Source: Flectonema sp. DT1601 (taxonomy: Eukaryota). From it: 64,000 nt of DNA. Below, piece after piece: positions 42,597 through 54,919 of the stretch; position 1 is the first letter of the stretch; each line of letters begins with the position of its first letter. The position numbers and the translations under genes were made by a program. A model generated the notes under the pieces. That model was given only the letters and a program-made list of their open reading frames with translations. It was not told where the DNA came from and ran no database searches. Where the stretch lies: positions 372,001 to 436,000 of the forward strand of contig OZ025797.1 in the NCBI GenBank assembly GCA_964019425.1, written 5' to 3'.

Positions 42597-43667
42597 ATGT
42601 GGCGCCCTGAACGGGATTGCAAGAAGATACCAGTTAGCACATTAGGTAGTCACATTCAAAAGTTGTACCAAAAAGCTGGTGAGGGTTACGGTGAAAGAAC
42701 AGAACTGGATTTAGAATGGGAAGAACTGTCACGGTATCACAAAGAAATGATAGGCGATGGTGAGGTTTGGTTGACTGGACAAATGCCTGCAAACAGGTCA
42801 AAGAATAGATACGCTGATGTGTTACCTAATGATGACACCAGAGTTAAATTAAAGAAGAAAAGAGGTGAGGGAGGAGAAATCATCCCTTCATCAGACTACA
42901 TTAACAGTAATTTTATTGATGGTAAGGTGTTCTGTCTTCCAAATAACAACTACATATGTGCACAAGCACCGACATCGTCAACGGTTGACGACTTTTGGCG
43001 TATGGTTTGGGAGAATAGTGTCTCACTGATACTAATGTTAACTAAGGAAGTTGAATCCGATAGGAAAAAATGTGTTCCATACTGGCCCGCATATCCTAGC
43101 GATGAAAATAAAGATCCGATATTGAGATCAGGTGAGTTCGTAGTAAGCTGGCATGCGGAACCAAGTGAACAACCAGACAACAGTGTTGATGGTGAACTTA
43201 TTAAAAATTATTTAAAAATCTCAGGTTCCAATGGAAAGAGTAGAATTATCCTACATGTTCAACACGTTGCTTGGCCAGATCATGGAGTACCCGAACAACA
43301 TGAGGGGTTTTGTGAACTGTTAAGAGTAACAGATGACTTTAATAATATATTGAGAGCACCTTCTGCGTCTAATTCAGAGACTGCACCTACTCTTGTTCAC
43401 TGTTCAGCTGGTATCGGTCGAACTGGTTGTTTTCTTGGCATTCATATTATCACAACACTTTATAAGAAATATCTAAGTCACTTACGTAACTCTGTGATAC
43501 CAGCAAGTCATCCATTCTCAGTCGATATTGTTGGGACTATAATGGAATTACGTTCTCAAAGAGCTGGGATGGTTCAGTCCATTGAGCAGTTGGAATTCAT
43601 GTACACAGCTCTCCTTTCGGAACTTGATAGGATTTCTAAGGAATACACCAACGAAGCTCTTACTTAA
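42597..43667 (+). CDS. Classical non-receptor protein tyrosine phosphatase
   Basis: KNRY, DYIN, QAP..T..DFWRMVW, KC..YWP, WPDHGVP, VHCSAGIGRTG and QRAGMVQS..Q. ATG 42597 follows a CTTACAG acceptor-like site. Confidence 0.95.
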   Translation: MWRPERDCKKIPVSTLGSHIQKLYQKAGEGYGERTELDLEWEELSRYHKEMIGDGEVWLTGQMPANRSKNRYADVLPNDDTRVKLKKKRGEGGEIIPSSDYINSNFIDGKVFCLPNNNYICAQAPTSSTVDDFWRMVWENSVSLILMLTKEVESDRKKCVPYWPAYPSDENKDPILRSGEFVVSWHAEPSEQPDNSVDGELIKNYLKISGSNGKSRIILHVQHVAWPDHGVPEQHEGFCELLRVTDDFNNILRAPSASNSETAPTLVHCSAGIGRTGCFLGIHIITTLYKKYLSHLRNSVIPASHPFSVDIVGTIMELRSQRAGMVQSIEQLEFMYTALLSELDRISKEYTNEALT

Positions 43668-44591
43668 ATGAAATGGAACTGAGAATCACTGAACCACAGC
43701 TGCTATTTCTAAGACCTGTCGAAAAGCAATAACGTAGTTGCTTGACTTCATTTCCCTTTTTTTAATTTTTTTTTTATATTTTTTTTTAAATTATTTTTTG
43801 GAAACTATTAATTACACTACAGTGCGCACACCAACAGTATTTAAAATTACAAATTTATTTGATTGGGATCTCAGCACATCATTATCATCTTAGCTGGTCT
43901 TTAGGTTTACAGATTACCTGTTAACCACTCAGGTAGATCATAAGAGATGGCATGTTCCTTCTTATTAGGCTTTTAGGTACCCTAGAATTATTTCTTACCT
44001 CAGTGACTAACACGTTTTTTCAGGGAATAGATATTCTGCTGGAGAAGGCGTGTCCCGTATTTAGAAAAAAACGGGCTTGGTGGCAACTGAAAAAAAAAAT
44101 ATAGAAACACGCGAGAAATTATGATTATCCTTTTTCAGGAACTAACATTGGACTATGAACCCAATAGCGAGTTACAGTCTTTTTCTTCACTCTCTTGTCA
44201 CCGAAGGCTCACTGAATAGATTGCCTTAATTTTAGTTTACAAAACTACTGTCGGTATTGATAGGGCAGTTCTTTGAGCGAGTCTGATTTGTTTGTTTTTT
44301 TTTGGTGCAATACGATTTCCCCCCCCCCTTTCTTTTCCCCCACCTTACAATTTTGTCCTCACGCTTCATGCAATCAAATAACCGGCTCCTGTTCCTATAC
44401 TTGATGGGCTGTTTTTTTTTTTTTTATATTTTCTTTTTACCCCTTTTTTCGTTTTTCGTTTTCCTTTTTTTTTGTTTTCAAATTCAATTTTATTAAGAAA
44501 AAAAAAAAAACAAAAAAACAAACCCATCTCAAGGTCTCACCGTGCATTGTTTCTGGGCCGTTCCCTATCCCACTAACTCATCGTCATTTCA

Positions 44592-44625
<34 letters not shown>

Positions 44626-46445
44626 AGCTACCTCAACAAGCTGCTCCGGAGAAAAAAGAAAATAATAATAATAATAATAATAATAACATCGGGTATCTCC
44701 CTTAACACAGAAGAGTGATGTATTTCTCTTCGGTGGAACAACCTCTGAGGGTTGCTTGCATGGATTGGGAACGTTTGTTAGAAAAGAGAAATTATCCCCT
44801 TGTAAAAACACACACTTATTTTCCCCTTTCACCTTTTTTCCTCTTGTAGAATTAATTATTTCTGCAGTGTAAACTACTAATCAAGGTCTCGTTCGTACAG
44901 ATGTGGGTAATTTGTTTGCTTCATCGTTTCGCAATAATATAGTTTATACGCATTCTTCAGAACACCGATTCAAAAATTAGTCTTTTCATCTAAGGGTGGT
45001 TCAGGGACACTGAATAAGGAATGACTTTGAAAATTGTTTGAACAACCCTTTCTGTCCTGTCAACTAACTGGACTCGCACGCAGTTCGTACTCGGAATTTT
45101 TGCAAAAAAAAAAAAAAAATGAAAATTACGCTGACTGCACAGCCTTGCTGGGCATATCTTTGGTATGTCTTTAGTGCTGCGCACAGTCGAGCTGCCACCC
45201 AGGTGGTATCCTCAGACTGCCGGTGCAGCAATGAACAGGATAACAAGAGATGCAAAATCGAAAAACAAAAACTTGTGACTGCTGGTGAATATCGGTTTTC
45301 TTGGTGTTCTGAAGAATGTGTAATGAAATTTTTTTTCTTCTTTTTTCCTATTATAAACCTAGTTTGATGGGAAAAAGGAAGGGGAAAAAAAAAAAAAAAA
45401 AAGCATTTCCGTAATTTCTTGGTGCTTTCGTACAAACAAAATCAAGAACGAGCAGGCCTCTTTCCCCCATCTTTTTTTATTATTTGCAATGGCAAAGCAA
45501 TCCGTTCTGTAAGAAGTCCGTTAGTGTGGAAGTACACAAAAACCTTTCTAAAAAATCATTGTTTCTTTTGTGGTTTAAGTCAAGACTATTTTTTATTCTT
45601 TTTTTTTTTTTGCGAACCAAACATCTGCCAGCTCGATTTATAGCGAGTAGGTTGCTTATGTTTTGGCTTTTTTCCCGTTGTTTTCGGGAAGCCTTCAGGT
45701 TGCTTGAAATCGTTAGTAAGGAAGATCGTATCAACTTATGTTTTTGGGAAGTGGAGGGAGAAAAAAAAAAAAAAAAAAAAAAAGGAGGAAGCTTCACCCA
45801 GCGCGGTGAAAATAATCTGAGGGACGACCCTCCATAACAGGAAAGAGGTCAGTAACATTATAGTACTCCCACAGCACCAACCCCTCAATATTACCCCTAT
45901 TCTTTACGCGAGCTTTTTTTTTATTATTTGTTTTTTTTGTAACATTGTCGTTTTATTTTTCTCAAATATTTTCTATTTTTTTAGGGGGGGTGGGATAATA
46001 TTCTTGCTCACTCAACAGGGTTATTATTTTTTTTTGCATTTAACAAGTATTGTAAGAACGAAAAAGAATGTTGGCAGCACACGTAAACCTCCTTTAGCTT
46101 TATCAGTTTAAGTCGGTTCACGGTTTCGTGCACAAACAAAATTTTTTCTCGGAAATTCCCAGGTCTCTGTGACGACTAGTTTTTTTCTTTGCACCGACGA
46201 AGTCGGAGAAGAGGCTATTCAGATTAAGAGCCGCCTATTTATTATGTCATGTTATCTATTTCCCTGCGCGCCAGTAATACTGTCTGCGATCAACAAATAT
46301 AAAGGCTTTATCTGAATGGTTTTCTTTTTTTTATTCTCCTCATTTTTGTTTCATGTGTTTTTATTGTTCTTCTTTTCTCCCTATGTCAGGCCGTTAAAAA
46401 GAGGAAGATGAAAAGAGCTGCCTACACTGAAAAGATTTAAGGTTA

Positions 46446-46488
<43 letters not shown>

Positions 46489-46679
46489 TTTTTCTTCTTC
46501 CCTTTCTCCTTCCAATATTTTTTTTAAAAAAAAAAGATTTGCTCACTAGCCGAAGCTATAAAAACACAATCTCCGTGATTGGGGGGTCCTCTACTACCGC
46601 AGTCATAAGTTCTGGTCTCCGCTGATATTTATTATTTTTCTTTTTTTTTTTCCTTCCCAATCTCAGGTCGTTTTTAACG

Positions 46680-47378
46680 ATGCTATTCCTCTCCGAATGG
46701 GATGATGTCGTTTCTACTGGAGTGCTTATATGGGTGGTCCCAATTTACTTAGCAGTGGTATTCTCGCTAAAGATGTATATGAGTTGGAGAGAACCGTTTG
46801 AATTAATGGCCGTGTTGAAAGGATATAATGCTGTTCAAATAGCTGTGTCGGCATTTATGACTTTCAATTTTGCAATAAATTTATCGCCATGGAATCCATT
46901 TATGCTGAATACGGAATTTACAGAACATGTTGAGAGATGGTGTTTCTTTCATTATATCGCAAAGTATTTGGACCTATTTGAGACTGTTGTTATTGTTTTA
47001 CGAAAAAGGAATTCTCAACTCACGACGTTACATTTATTTCACCACTCATCAATTTTGATAATTTGGGGTTTTTTACTGCAAGCTGGTCTTGCAAATGGAA
47101 CAGCTTCATTTGGTGCCTTCATCAACTCGTTAGTTCACACACTGATGTATGGTTACTTGTATGGCCATGGAGATTCAAGTTCTTGCATGGTTGTTATAAA
47201 CAAAAACTCAGTTGTAATTTGTCAAATTGGTCAATTCATCTCTTGCATAGCGCACGCTGTGTTAGCAATTGTTTTTGAAGAAAAAATCCCTTTTAAAGTT
47301 TGCCTACTTCAGTTGGCATATCACTTACTTCTGGTTCATTTATTTGTGAGAGCTTCGAGACAGGCTCAGGTGTGTTAA
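46680..47378 (+). CDS. Fatty-acid elongase (ELO/GNS1/SUR4 family)
   Basis: KYLDLFET..LRK, LHLFHH, NSLVHTLMYGY and QIGQF; multi-pass TM. Confidence 0.92.
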   Translation: MLFLSEWDDVVSTGVLIWVVPIYLAVVFSLKMYMSWREPFELMAVLKGYNAVQIAVSAFMTFNFAINLSPWNPFMLNTEFTEHVERWCFFHYIAKYLDLFETVVIVLRKRNSQLTTLHLFHHSSILIIWGFLLQAGLANGTASFGAFINSLVHTLMYGYLYGHGDSSSCMVVINKNSVVICQIGQFISCIAHAVLAIVFEEKIPFKVCLLQLAYHLLLVHLFVRASRQAQVC

Positions 47379-48063
47379 ACGAACTCTGTTTATCTCTGTA
47401 ACTTATTGAGAAGAAAAGACAAAAAAAAAAAAAAAACAGAATCGTCGAAAAGCTTTAAAAGCCAGACTTCGCTATCAGCAACATCAACAACAAGAACCAA
47501 CTTCTGATGAAGAAAGATTTTCACCTAGATCACCGATGCATTCAAAAAGCTTATTAGAAAGTACTTCCAAAGACAAGTGAGAACTACTGGAGCTGATCGA
47601 AATTCGGTCCTGAGTCTTAATCTTGAAATCTCTGAAGCTGGTCGTATTCTTCTGTTGACATTTATTATCTGAGATTATTGTCAGTAGATCTGAGATATCG
47701 TTTCTTCCCACCCAAAAACCTATTTTTTCAGGTCACTTTAATTGTGTAGTCTGATAACGAATTCCCCCTCCTATCTTTATTTTGCGACGGGGATCTGTTT
47801 TATAGGTTGCGCTATTCTAAGTCGAAATCCCAGTTTGCTGCTCTTGGGAGTGGATGAAACGATTGTACGGGGTTTTCTTTTTTCCTTGCAAAAATGATAG
47901 TTTATTATTATTTACTGCTCTTATTTTTTCCTTCCCAGAGAGTTTGACAAATGAGTGTCGCATGGTTGTGAAATAATACGTTCGATAGATAAAAAGTAAT
48001 TATAAATTATTAATTGTGTTATCAATCTGAATTTATTCACAGGCACGGGGTGCGAGGGGCACA

Positions 48064-50574
48064 ATGTCGTTCTTTTCTAAGTGCTGTGGCAAGCGTGAAG
48101 ATAAGCAGCCAGGAACACCAGACGACGAGCTTGAAAGTCGACGAGAAAGTCTCCTCCTGAGTATGATGAGTGGAGGTGGTAGAGACAAAAGTCGTAAAGA
48201 AAAAAGAACACCGATGTCTGAATTACTTCACACTGAGAGATCAGTTGAAAGTACCATACCTGAAGAAGAATACGAAGTTGGATTGAATCACGTTGTAAAA
48301 TACTTAAGAGTAGATCTAGAAAAAAGAGCTCATAAACGACTTCTAGTTGCCTACATTCCTTTGATAGTTGCTTTAACAATGTTAGCTTGGTATGGAAGAC
48401 CTTATGGTATTGAATCGTACAGTGATGCTCTACTACAGACTGAAGAGATAAAATCACTGCTACTACACGATCAGCTAATGAAAGCTCATGTAGAAGAAGA
48501 TTTATGGGAGTGGTTAGGACAGGCTCTTGTAAAAGTTTGGAGGTCTGTTCCAGCAAGAAATTGTGAGAACTCTCTTTGTAATCCGCAAACGGACGGAGCG
48601 AACTCACTTCCCATAGGAATTGCTTTAATACGACAATGGAGAGTGAGTATCGTACCATGTGGTGCTGTTGCTGGTCATGTTCATTTTGCTCTTTCTCCAT
48701 GTGATCTTTCTGCCCTTCCGTGTAATTGTTCTCATCGATATGATGATGAGTTCGGAAGTTCTACACCTTATGGACAAGAAAATGAATTTTTAACTGACAA
48801 GGACTTGAACTTGCCGAAAGATCCACTTCCACTAGCCACAAGAAGAACTCAGTTTGATGACACCTCTTCACAGTATTCTATAATGTATTCCTTTGATACA
48901 CCAATTGATGATATCATAGCTAATCTAACAGACATGAGGAATGCTAGTTGGATTGATCCATCAACACGTATTGTATCTCTTGAATTATTGTTTTATAATC
49001 CTGATTCAGAGTTCTTTCTTAGATCATCTTTTTACATGGAATTCTTTCAAACTGGAGGTGGTGACCCAGGCTTCACAATAAGGCCTCCATTCCAACTCGA
49101 TTCTTTTGGAGATTCTCAAATTATAACAGCAATGTCACTAATGACGTTTATATTCATTCCTATTCTACTGTATTGGGTTTACCTGAGCCTTGAGCTTAGG
49201 TTGGCTACAATGCAGTTTACGCTAGTCATTGCAACTGGACATATATTTGAGATACTACACGTAATTGTACTGGTGATGCTTTGTTTTGAAAGGGGAGTCA
49301 TGTGGAATCATGCGGCGTTTATGACTTCAGGATTCTTCTTTGAAGAGTTTCTAAGAAACGGATCATACGGTAGCGAGGAAGTTCTGCCTGAGTCGCATTT
49401 GATGTTTAACTACCTTAGTAGATATAATATTCATTGGGGTAATTATAATCAATGGTTAGCTGTTAGTGTCATTCTAACGTATCTTGGTACGTTCAAATAC
49501 CTTCAGAGAATTCACTGGCTAAATATGTTGTCTGAAACTGCAAAAAATGCCGCGGTTACTGTCCTGACATTGGCATTCTTATTCATGTGGTGTGTTTGTG
49601 CGTTTGCGCTTGCAGCCGTTTTGCTTTTTCATTATACATTAAGTGATTTTGAAACGCCAACCAACGCTGTTTCGGCCCTCCTCCGAACTTTTTTCCTCGA
49701 ACACGAAGCAGAGTATGTCGTTATGAGAGAGATGGAACCTCTTTTTTCACCAATGTTTTGGGTTTTTTTCCACGTAATTTGTAATTTTTTGCTCCTGAAC
49801 ATGGTCACTGGTGTTATCGTTACAACGTTCGACAACGTTCAGGGTCAGCGAGCTCGGATAGCAAAACAGAAAGAAATGAGATACGAAGAACAGATTGACA
49901 ACGATATTGAGGAAATACGTCACGGTAAACCCCTTGCTAAAGCTTCTTTAACACATACAACTTCGGCGAAAACAAGAATTAAACATGAGATAAAACAATT
50001 TTTTTCAACCAAATTATCATCCAACAGACAGCGTGCGATATTATTATCACAGTGGAAGGCAGCAGAACAGTTAGACATTCCCAGAAAGTCACTGAGAAAC
50101 GAGTATATGAGACGTGTGAATGTTTCAAAAGACGACATGAAACAAGCCTATGGAGACCTACTTACTGATATCGACATTGCAAAAATATTTGCAGGGAGTC
50201 AGTCGGAGACAATTAAAAACGAGAATCAGTATGTGTTATTGGCACAGTGTCTGGCTGAAATAGGACGTAATGTCGATCACAAATTTAGTATTCTCGATGC
50301 GAAACTTGCAGGTCTTGCAGCCAAACACGAGGTTCGCAATACTTCGACTGATCAAATTGCTTCTCTTTTATTAAAAATTAACGAGCAAGCTGCTGAAATA
50401 AAACGTTTAAGCGATATCCAATCTACCGCTGGGGCTCGTGCTGCACGAGGTCAACGTCTACGTGATCTCGACACTGAAAAAGATCATCTTTTGAACCAAC
50501 TAGCGGTGACTGAAGAATCTAACATACCCAGATACGACCTGCAGTCTGCAGTACATACCAACACAAACACTAGA

Positions 50575-50583
<9 letters not shown>
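48064..50583 (+). CDS. Polycystin-2-like (PKD/TRPP) cation channel
   Basis: IRQWRV, WIDPSTRIVSLELLFYNP..EFFQTGG, six TM segments, LLLNMVTGVIVTTF and a C-terminal coiled coil. Confidence 0.85.
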
Positions 50584-50606
<23 letters not shown>

Positions 50607-50948
50607 GTTTTACAACGTCCATTAAATTGCTTTATTGCAGTTCTTAACAAAATAGATTTTGAAATCGAAATAGAGGTAACCTCCATAAGGTCATGCTACC
50701 GAAAGCGGTTTTTATTTATGTTTAATTCTGACTTCTCTGTTCTTATATTCACAATGAAGAGTTATGTTGGATCTGAATGTGTAATAAATAAGTATTGTCT
50801 TTTTTTTTTTTATTAAAACAGGAAGAAGAAAGTAGAAAAAAAAAAGGAATGTCGGATTGCAGAACACAAACCAATTTATCAATTTCTTTGGATCAGTAAT
50901 CGTACCTGGTTATCTTTCTGATTGTTCTCCAAACAGCATCAAGACAAA

Positions 50949-51311
50949 ATGAATAAAAGAAAAAAAGGAGATGCTGATTCGGAAAGCAGCTCTTCAGAGG
51001 ATGAAGAAGAAGACACAATGGCTGATGCCTGTGTAAAGTGTCAGGAATCAGGAGGAGACTTGTGGTGGTCGTGTGATCGATGCATGAGTTGGTATCATCC
51101 AAAATGCTCAGGGCTACCAAAGAAAGCTCAAGAGGCACTCCAAGCCAGACTTGATAATAAAGAAGATCCGAAATGGACTTGTCAATCCTGTCTTGAGTCT
51201 CAGAAAACTAAAAAAAGTGGACCTTCTGCTCGCCCTTGGGAATGGAGTAAGTCTGAAGAACAACAAATGCTTGAAAAGTTTGAAGGATTCCTACGGAGGA
51301 AACTTTCTTAA
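50949..51311 (+). CDS. Small PHD-finger protein
   Basis: C..C...W.SCDRC.SWYHPKC...WTC.SC fits the C4HC3 pattern. ATG at 50949 follows AACAG. Confidence 0.8.
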   Translation: MNKRKKGDADSESSSSEDEEEDTMADACVKCQESGGDLWWSCDRCMSWYHPKCSGLPKKAQEALQARLDNKEDPKWTCQSCLESQKTKKSGPSARPWEWSKSEEQQMLEKFEGFLRRKLS

Positions 51312-51571
51312 ATTGAATTAACCTGCTCATCGTTTATCACTTCTGAGATATTAGAAATGTTTCATTTCATTTGTTAGCTTCTTTTTTGTATTTATGTAAT
51401 TTAGTATTTCGTATGGTTGTTTTTTTTTTTTGTTTGGTTCGTTTTATTCATTCGACATTTTTCAAAATTTCTTTTTATTTATTTATGCAGGTTTCTTGTG
51501 GTCAGCGAGTCTTACTAATACGAATCCCACCCCGTGGTGAGCTTAGACAGTAGATCGAGGTATTAAAAAGA

Positions 51572-52585
51572 ATGACATTATTACTTTCAGACACAATGAA
51601 AATGTACAATTCGGTACTCGCATTGCTGTTGCTGACTCTGGTATGTGTTAGCAAGGCTGAAGAAGAGAATAAATGTGGTACCATGCAGCAGACTAACTTA
51701 AGAAAACGAGAAATCTACTACGTAGTACCTTGTGGTGATGAAAGGTATCCAATGATGTTATCCCTCCACGGTCTTGGAGCAAAAGCACAAGTAGAAATCT
51801 CAAGATACAGCCAGCTGACGAAAGATGCACAATTTATACTAGTAGCTCCACAGGGAGTATGGGGATCTTGGAATGCCCCGGAATGCTGTGGAAAAGCAAA
51901 GAGGAAGAATCTCGACGAGAAGCGTTTTTTATCAGAAGTGATAACTCACATAACTGATTTAACAGGTCGTCATTCTGGGAAAACACTCGTTACGGGATTC
52001 TCAAATGGAGGATTCTTATCAATGGAACTTGCTAGAACTACAAAGATTGATTTAGTTGCCGCGGCATCGATGTCTGGATACAATTATGGTCACAACTTTG
52101 AGAGATCTCTTCCTGTGTTACTTCATCATTCATTAAGTGATAGTATGATATTAAGTACTGGTTGTTGTTCTGGTAGTAAATGTAATTTCGGACTTGATCA
52201 AAATCCACAGTGTATTCCAACTACAACTTGGCACAAACGTTGGGCAGGTCAAAACAAATGCAAAGTTAAAAAAGCAAAGAAAGTAGTCCACAAGCCTTCT
52301 AATGATTATCAATTTGAATGTTACTATCACCATTGTCAGAAAGCTACAGTTCTTTGTCATCACAAGTTGTCTCAGCACTTAGACTGGTCAGTTGCTTCCA
52401 AGTCTTTTCAAGTCGAAGGTCACATAATCGCGTTTTTCAAAGATGAACTGTGTAAAGCGTCCGGAGGGATGATCTTAAATGCGAATAAAAAAAAACCGAA
52501 AAGATGCAGGTGTCTTAACGGAATGAAAGGGTTATATTGTTACGTCCACCCAAATGGTCCGCGCATGAATTTTAAAAATAATTAA
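51572..52585 (+). CDS. Secreted alpha/beta-hydrolase, LpqC / PHB-depolymerase-like esterase
   Basis: Signal peptide; LHGLG, FILVAPQG..SWNA..CCG, GFSNGG nucleophile elbow, H...D and H..W; Cys-rich tail. True start may be the Met at 51596 or 51602. Confidence 0.8.
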   Translation: MTLLLSDTMKMYNSVLALLLLTLVCVSKAEEENKCGTMQQTNLRKREIYYVVPCGDERYPMMLSLHGLGAKAQVEISRYSQLTKDAQFILVAPQGVWGSWNAPECCGKAKRKNLDEKRFLSEVITHITDLTGRHSGKTLVTGFSNGGFLSMELARTTKIDLVAAASMSGYNYGHNFERSLPVLLHHSLSDSMILSTGCCSGSKCNFGLDQNPQCIPTTTWHKRWAGQNKCKVKKAKKVVHKPSNDYQFECYYHHCQKATVLCHHKLSQHLDWSVASKSFQVEGHIIAFFKDELCKASGGMILNANKKKPKRCRCLNGMKGLYCYVHPNGPRMNFKNN

Positions 52586-52951
52586 TTTTTAGAAACGTAG
52601 TCAACATGTTGACTCAAATTTATCCATTGATTCTTATCCCACGAAAAAAAAAAAAAAATAAAATAAAATAAAATATCGGTAGGAAATGAGAAAAATGGAG
52701 GAAAACAAAAAAAACAAAAAAAAAAAACCCATCATCTTTTTTTTTGGGGAATATTCTGTTAGTACTTTAAAAAGAAACAAGAAAGAGAATCACAAAATAA
52801 TTTTTTATTCTTTCCTTTTTTGTAATTCATAAGATTCTGTTGGAGACACAATTAAATACAATGAGTTTAATAGTGAAAACTGTTCTTTTAAAATAACTTT
52901 ATCATAAACAACATTCTCCCCACAGTAATATCAATATTATTATAATCAACA

Positions 52952-53677
52952 ATGCATGATCAACATCAACATGGAACTGAATTCGTATTTACCAACGAAG
53001 TAGATTCTCACGAATTTACAATAGAAAATAAAGGAGACACTCAACTAGTTTATAAATTACAAACTGGAAAAGAAGCTCAACTGGTTGGATCACCAGTTAA
53101 GGGAGGTAAGTACGAGTTTAATGGACAAGCTGTTGGAGAATGGATAATTGAATCCAAGGGAATGGGTTTTGTAAAAAGAGGATCACAGAAAAGGATAAAT
53201 ATCCACAGAAATGAAGCAAATGGAAGCTTCATATTACGAGTATTAGTAAAGGAAGTTCAGGCTTGTGATGGAGAACTCAAATCCTCTTCAAAGATATGGA
53301 AACACGGAACAGGAACAGTCGGGTCAGCTTACGATATCAAATGCTCTTATCAATCAACTGATGATGAATCGACTGTCGCTAATTTCACAAATATGAAAAG
53401 TGAAAAATGTTCTTTTGGTGTTGAATGTCCGTTCTTTAAATCACTTTGTTCATCTGATCCTCGCAAACAAGATTTAGCTCATTGTTTGACTGCATCACAT
53501 CCTCTGTCGCCTTGCTCACTTACAGAATGTGAATCATTTACTCGATTATGTAATGTCGATGCTGTTTTTAGTGACTATTGTCATATAGCAGCCTGTTCGC
53601 ATCCTAAAGTTGAAGAATGGCCAGAGGATCACGTTAGGGTTCATCAAAAGAATGTTTGTCTATTTCTAGACCTATAA
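52952..53677 (+). CDS. Hypothetical protein with two C-terminal Cys/His repeats
   Basis: 241-aa ORF after a CCCCACAG acceptor-like site. Repeated C....C..F..LC.......H.....HP units. Confidence 0.6.
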   Translation: MHDQHQHGTEFVFTNEVDSHEFTIENKGDTQLVYKLQTGKEAQLVGSPVKGGKYEFNGQAVGEWIIESKGMGFVKRGSQKRINIHRNEANGSFILRVLVKEVQACDGELKSSSKIWKHGTGTVGSAYDIKCSYQSTDDESTVANFTNMKSEKCSFGVECPFFKSLCSSDPRKQDLAHCLTASHPLSPCSLTECESFTRLCNVDAVFSDYCHIAACSHPKVEEWPEDHVRVHQKNVCLFLDL

Positions 53678-54888
53678 AAACCATTCTGATGTCTGTTCTC
53701 GATTATAACAATTATTGTAAACGTGATGGCAATATGGTGCCCGCGTTTTTTTTTTTAATATCGTTCTTCCTCATCCTCGGGGGAAGGTAATGTTTTTTTT
53801 CCATTCTTTTTATTTTTTTTCCCTTCAGTTCTTATTTGGTTTTTTTCATTTTGAGTTTGCGAGTTAACTTTCGGTGTGACTCGGACAAAGAACTGTCCAG
53901 TGCACACATGCGAATTCTACTTTTTGTTGGTCCTTAGGCCTTTGATTCATTTTCAGGCGTGACATCCCTTTGAACAGCGAGCTGCGAGCTGCGAGGGAAG
54001 ATCCGTGTGTGAAACGATTGAAGGAAAGCTGCCGACTGTACCACCAACAACAGCATGATATTCTTTTTTTTTTCTTTCCCCCTTTCTCGTCCCTGTGGGC
54101 GTATTTTCGTTGCGTTAGAAGAAAAATAAAAAATAAAATCACACAATTTTTATTTGTATAGTCATCGGAAGCATACTTCTGGTACGTCACTTCTGTGTAC
54201 TAGAAACCGTTATCACTACAGTCACTTAATGAATTGATGTTATATTATCATTATTATTATTATTATTATTGGTAGAAAAAATGGAAAAGAATTTACCTTC
54301 TTGACTGACTACACAATAACCTGGATGGCTTCTGATTTTCAACAGAAAAAAAAAACAAAGAAAAAAAAAATTGAAATTTTTGTGGTGTGTACCGCGACAA
54401 TTTCATTTCTTTGTTATTTCTCATGGTAAGCTAAAGTCATGTTAATGACAGCACGCTACCGTTTTAACCTTTTTTTTTATTCGACCCCTTGGAAGAAAGA
54501 AAAGAAAACAAAAGAGAAGAAGAAAGAAAAAAAAGTTAATTTCTTCTCTGTATTATTTTTTGCATGTTGCCTTGATTGTTATTTGACTGAGACTGTACAA
54601 AGACGCACCTTTATAAGCTCGTAGTACGTGATCTCATTGTTCAAAGTAATCTAATTAGTCGAAGGTCAACAGGAGATGTTTTTGTGCTCTACTGTCCGAA
54701 ATAATCGGAGGGTTATGTTTTCATTCCTCAAGTAAAAAAAAAAAAAGAAAATCGAATATTTTTAATTAGAGAGGAGTAGATACGAATTCATCTATTCTCG
54801 CAGCTGTTAGGACATAACTGACTGGCTGGGCAACAGGGAGGGGGGTCGATTTTTTGTTTCCTTAATTATCTTAGAGATGTTTAACGGA

Positions 54889-54919
<31 letters not shown>

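Noticed and set aside
43700..46600. Short ORFs and a GC-richer possible hairpin (45130-45190) in a long intergenic region
   Set aside because: The ORFs are poly-K/F products of A/T homopolymers, and the hairpin matches no RNA family I recognise.
52599..52614. 16-bp perfect palindrome AGTCAACATGTTGACT after the esterase stop
   Set aside because: Single occurrence with no associated structure; no function can be supported.
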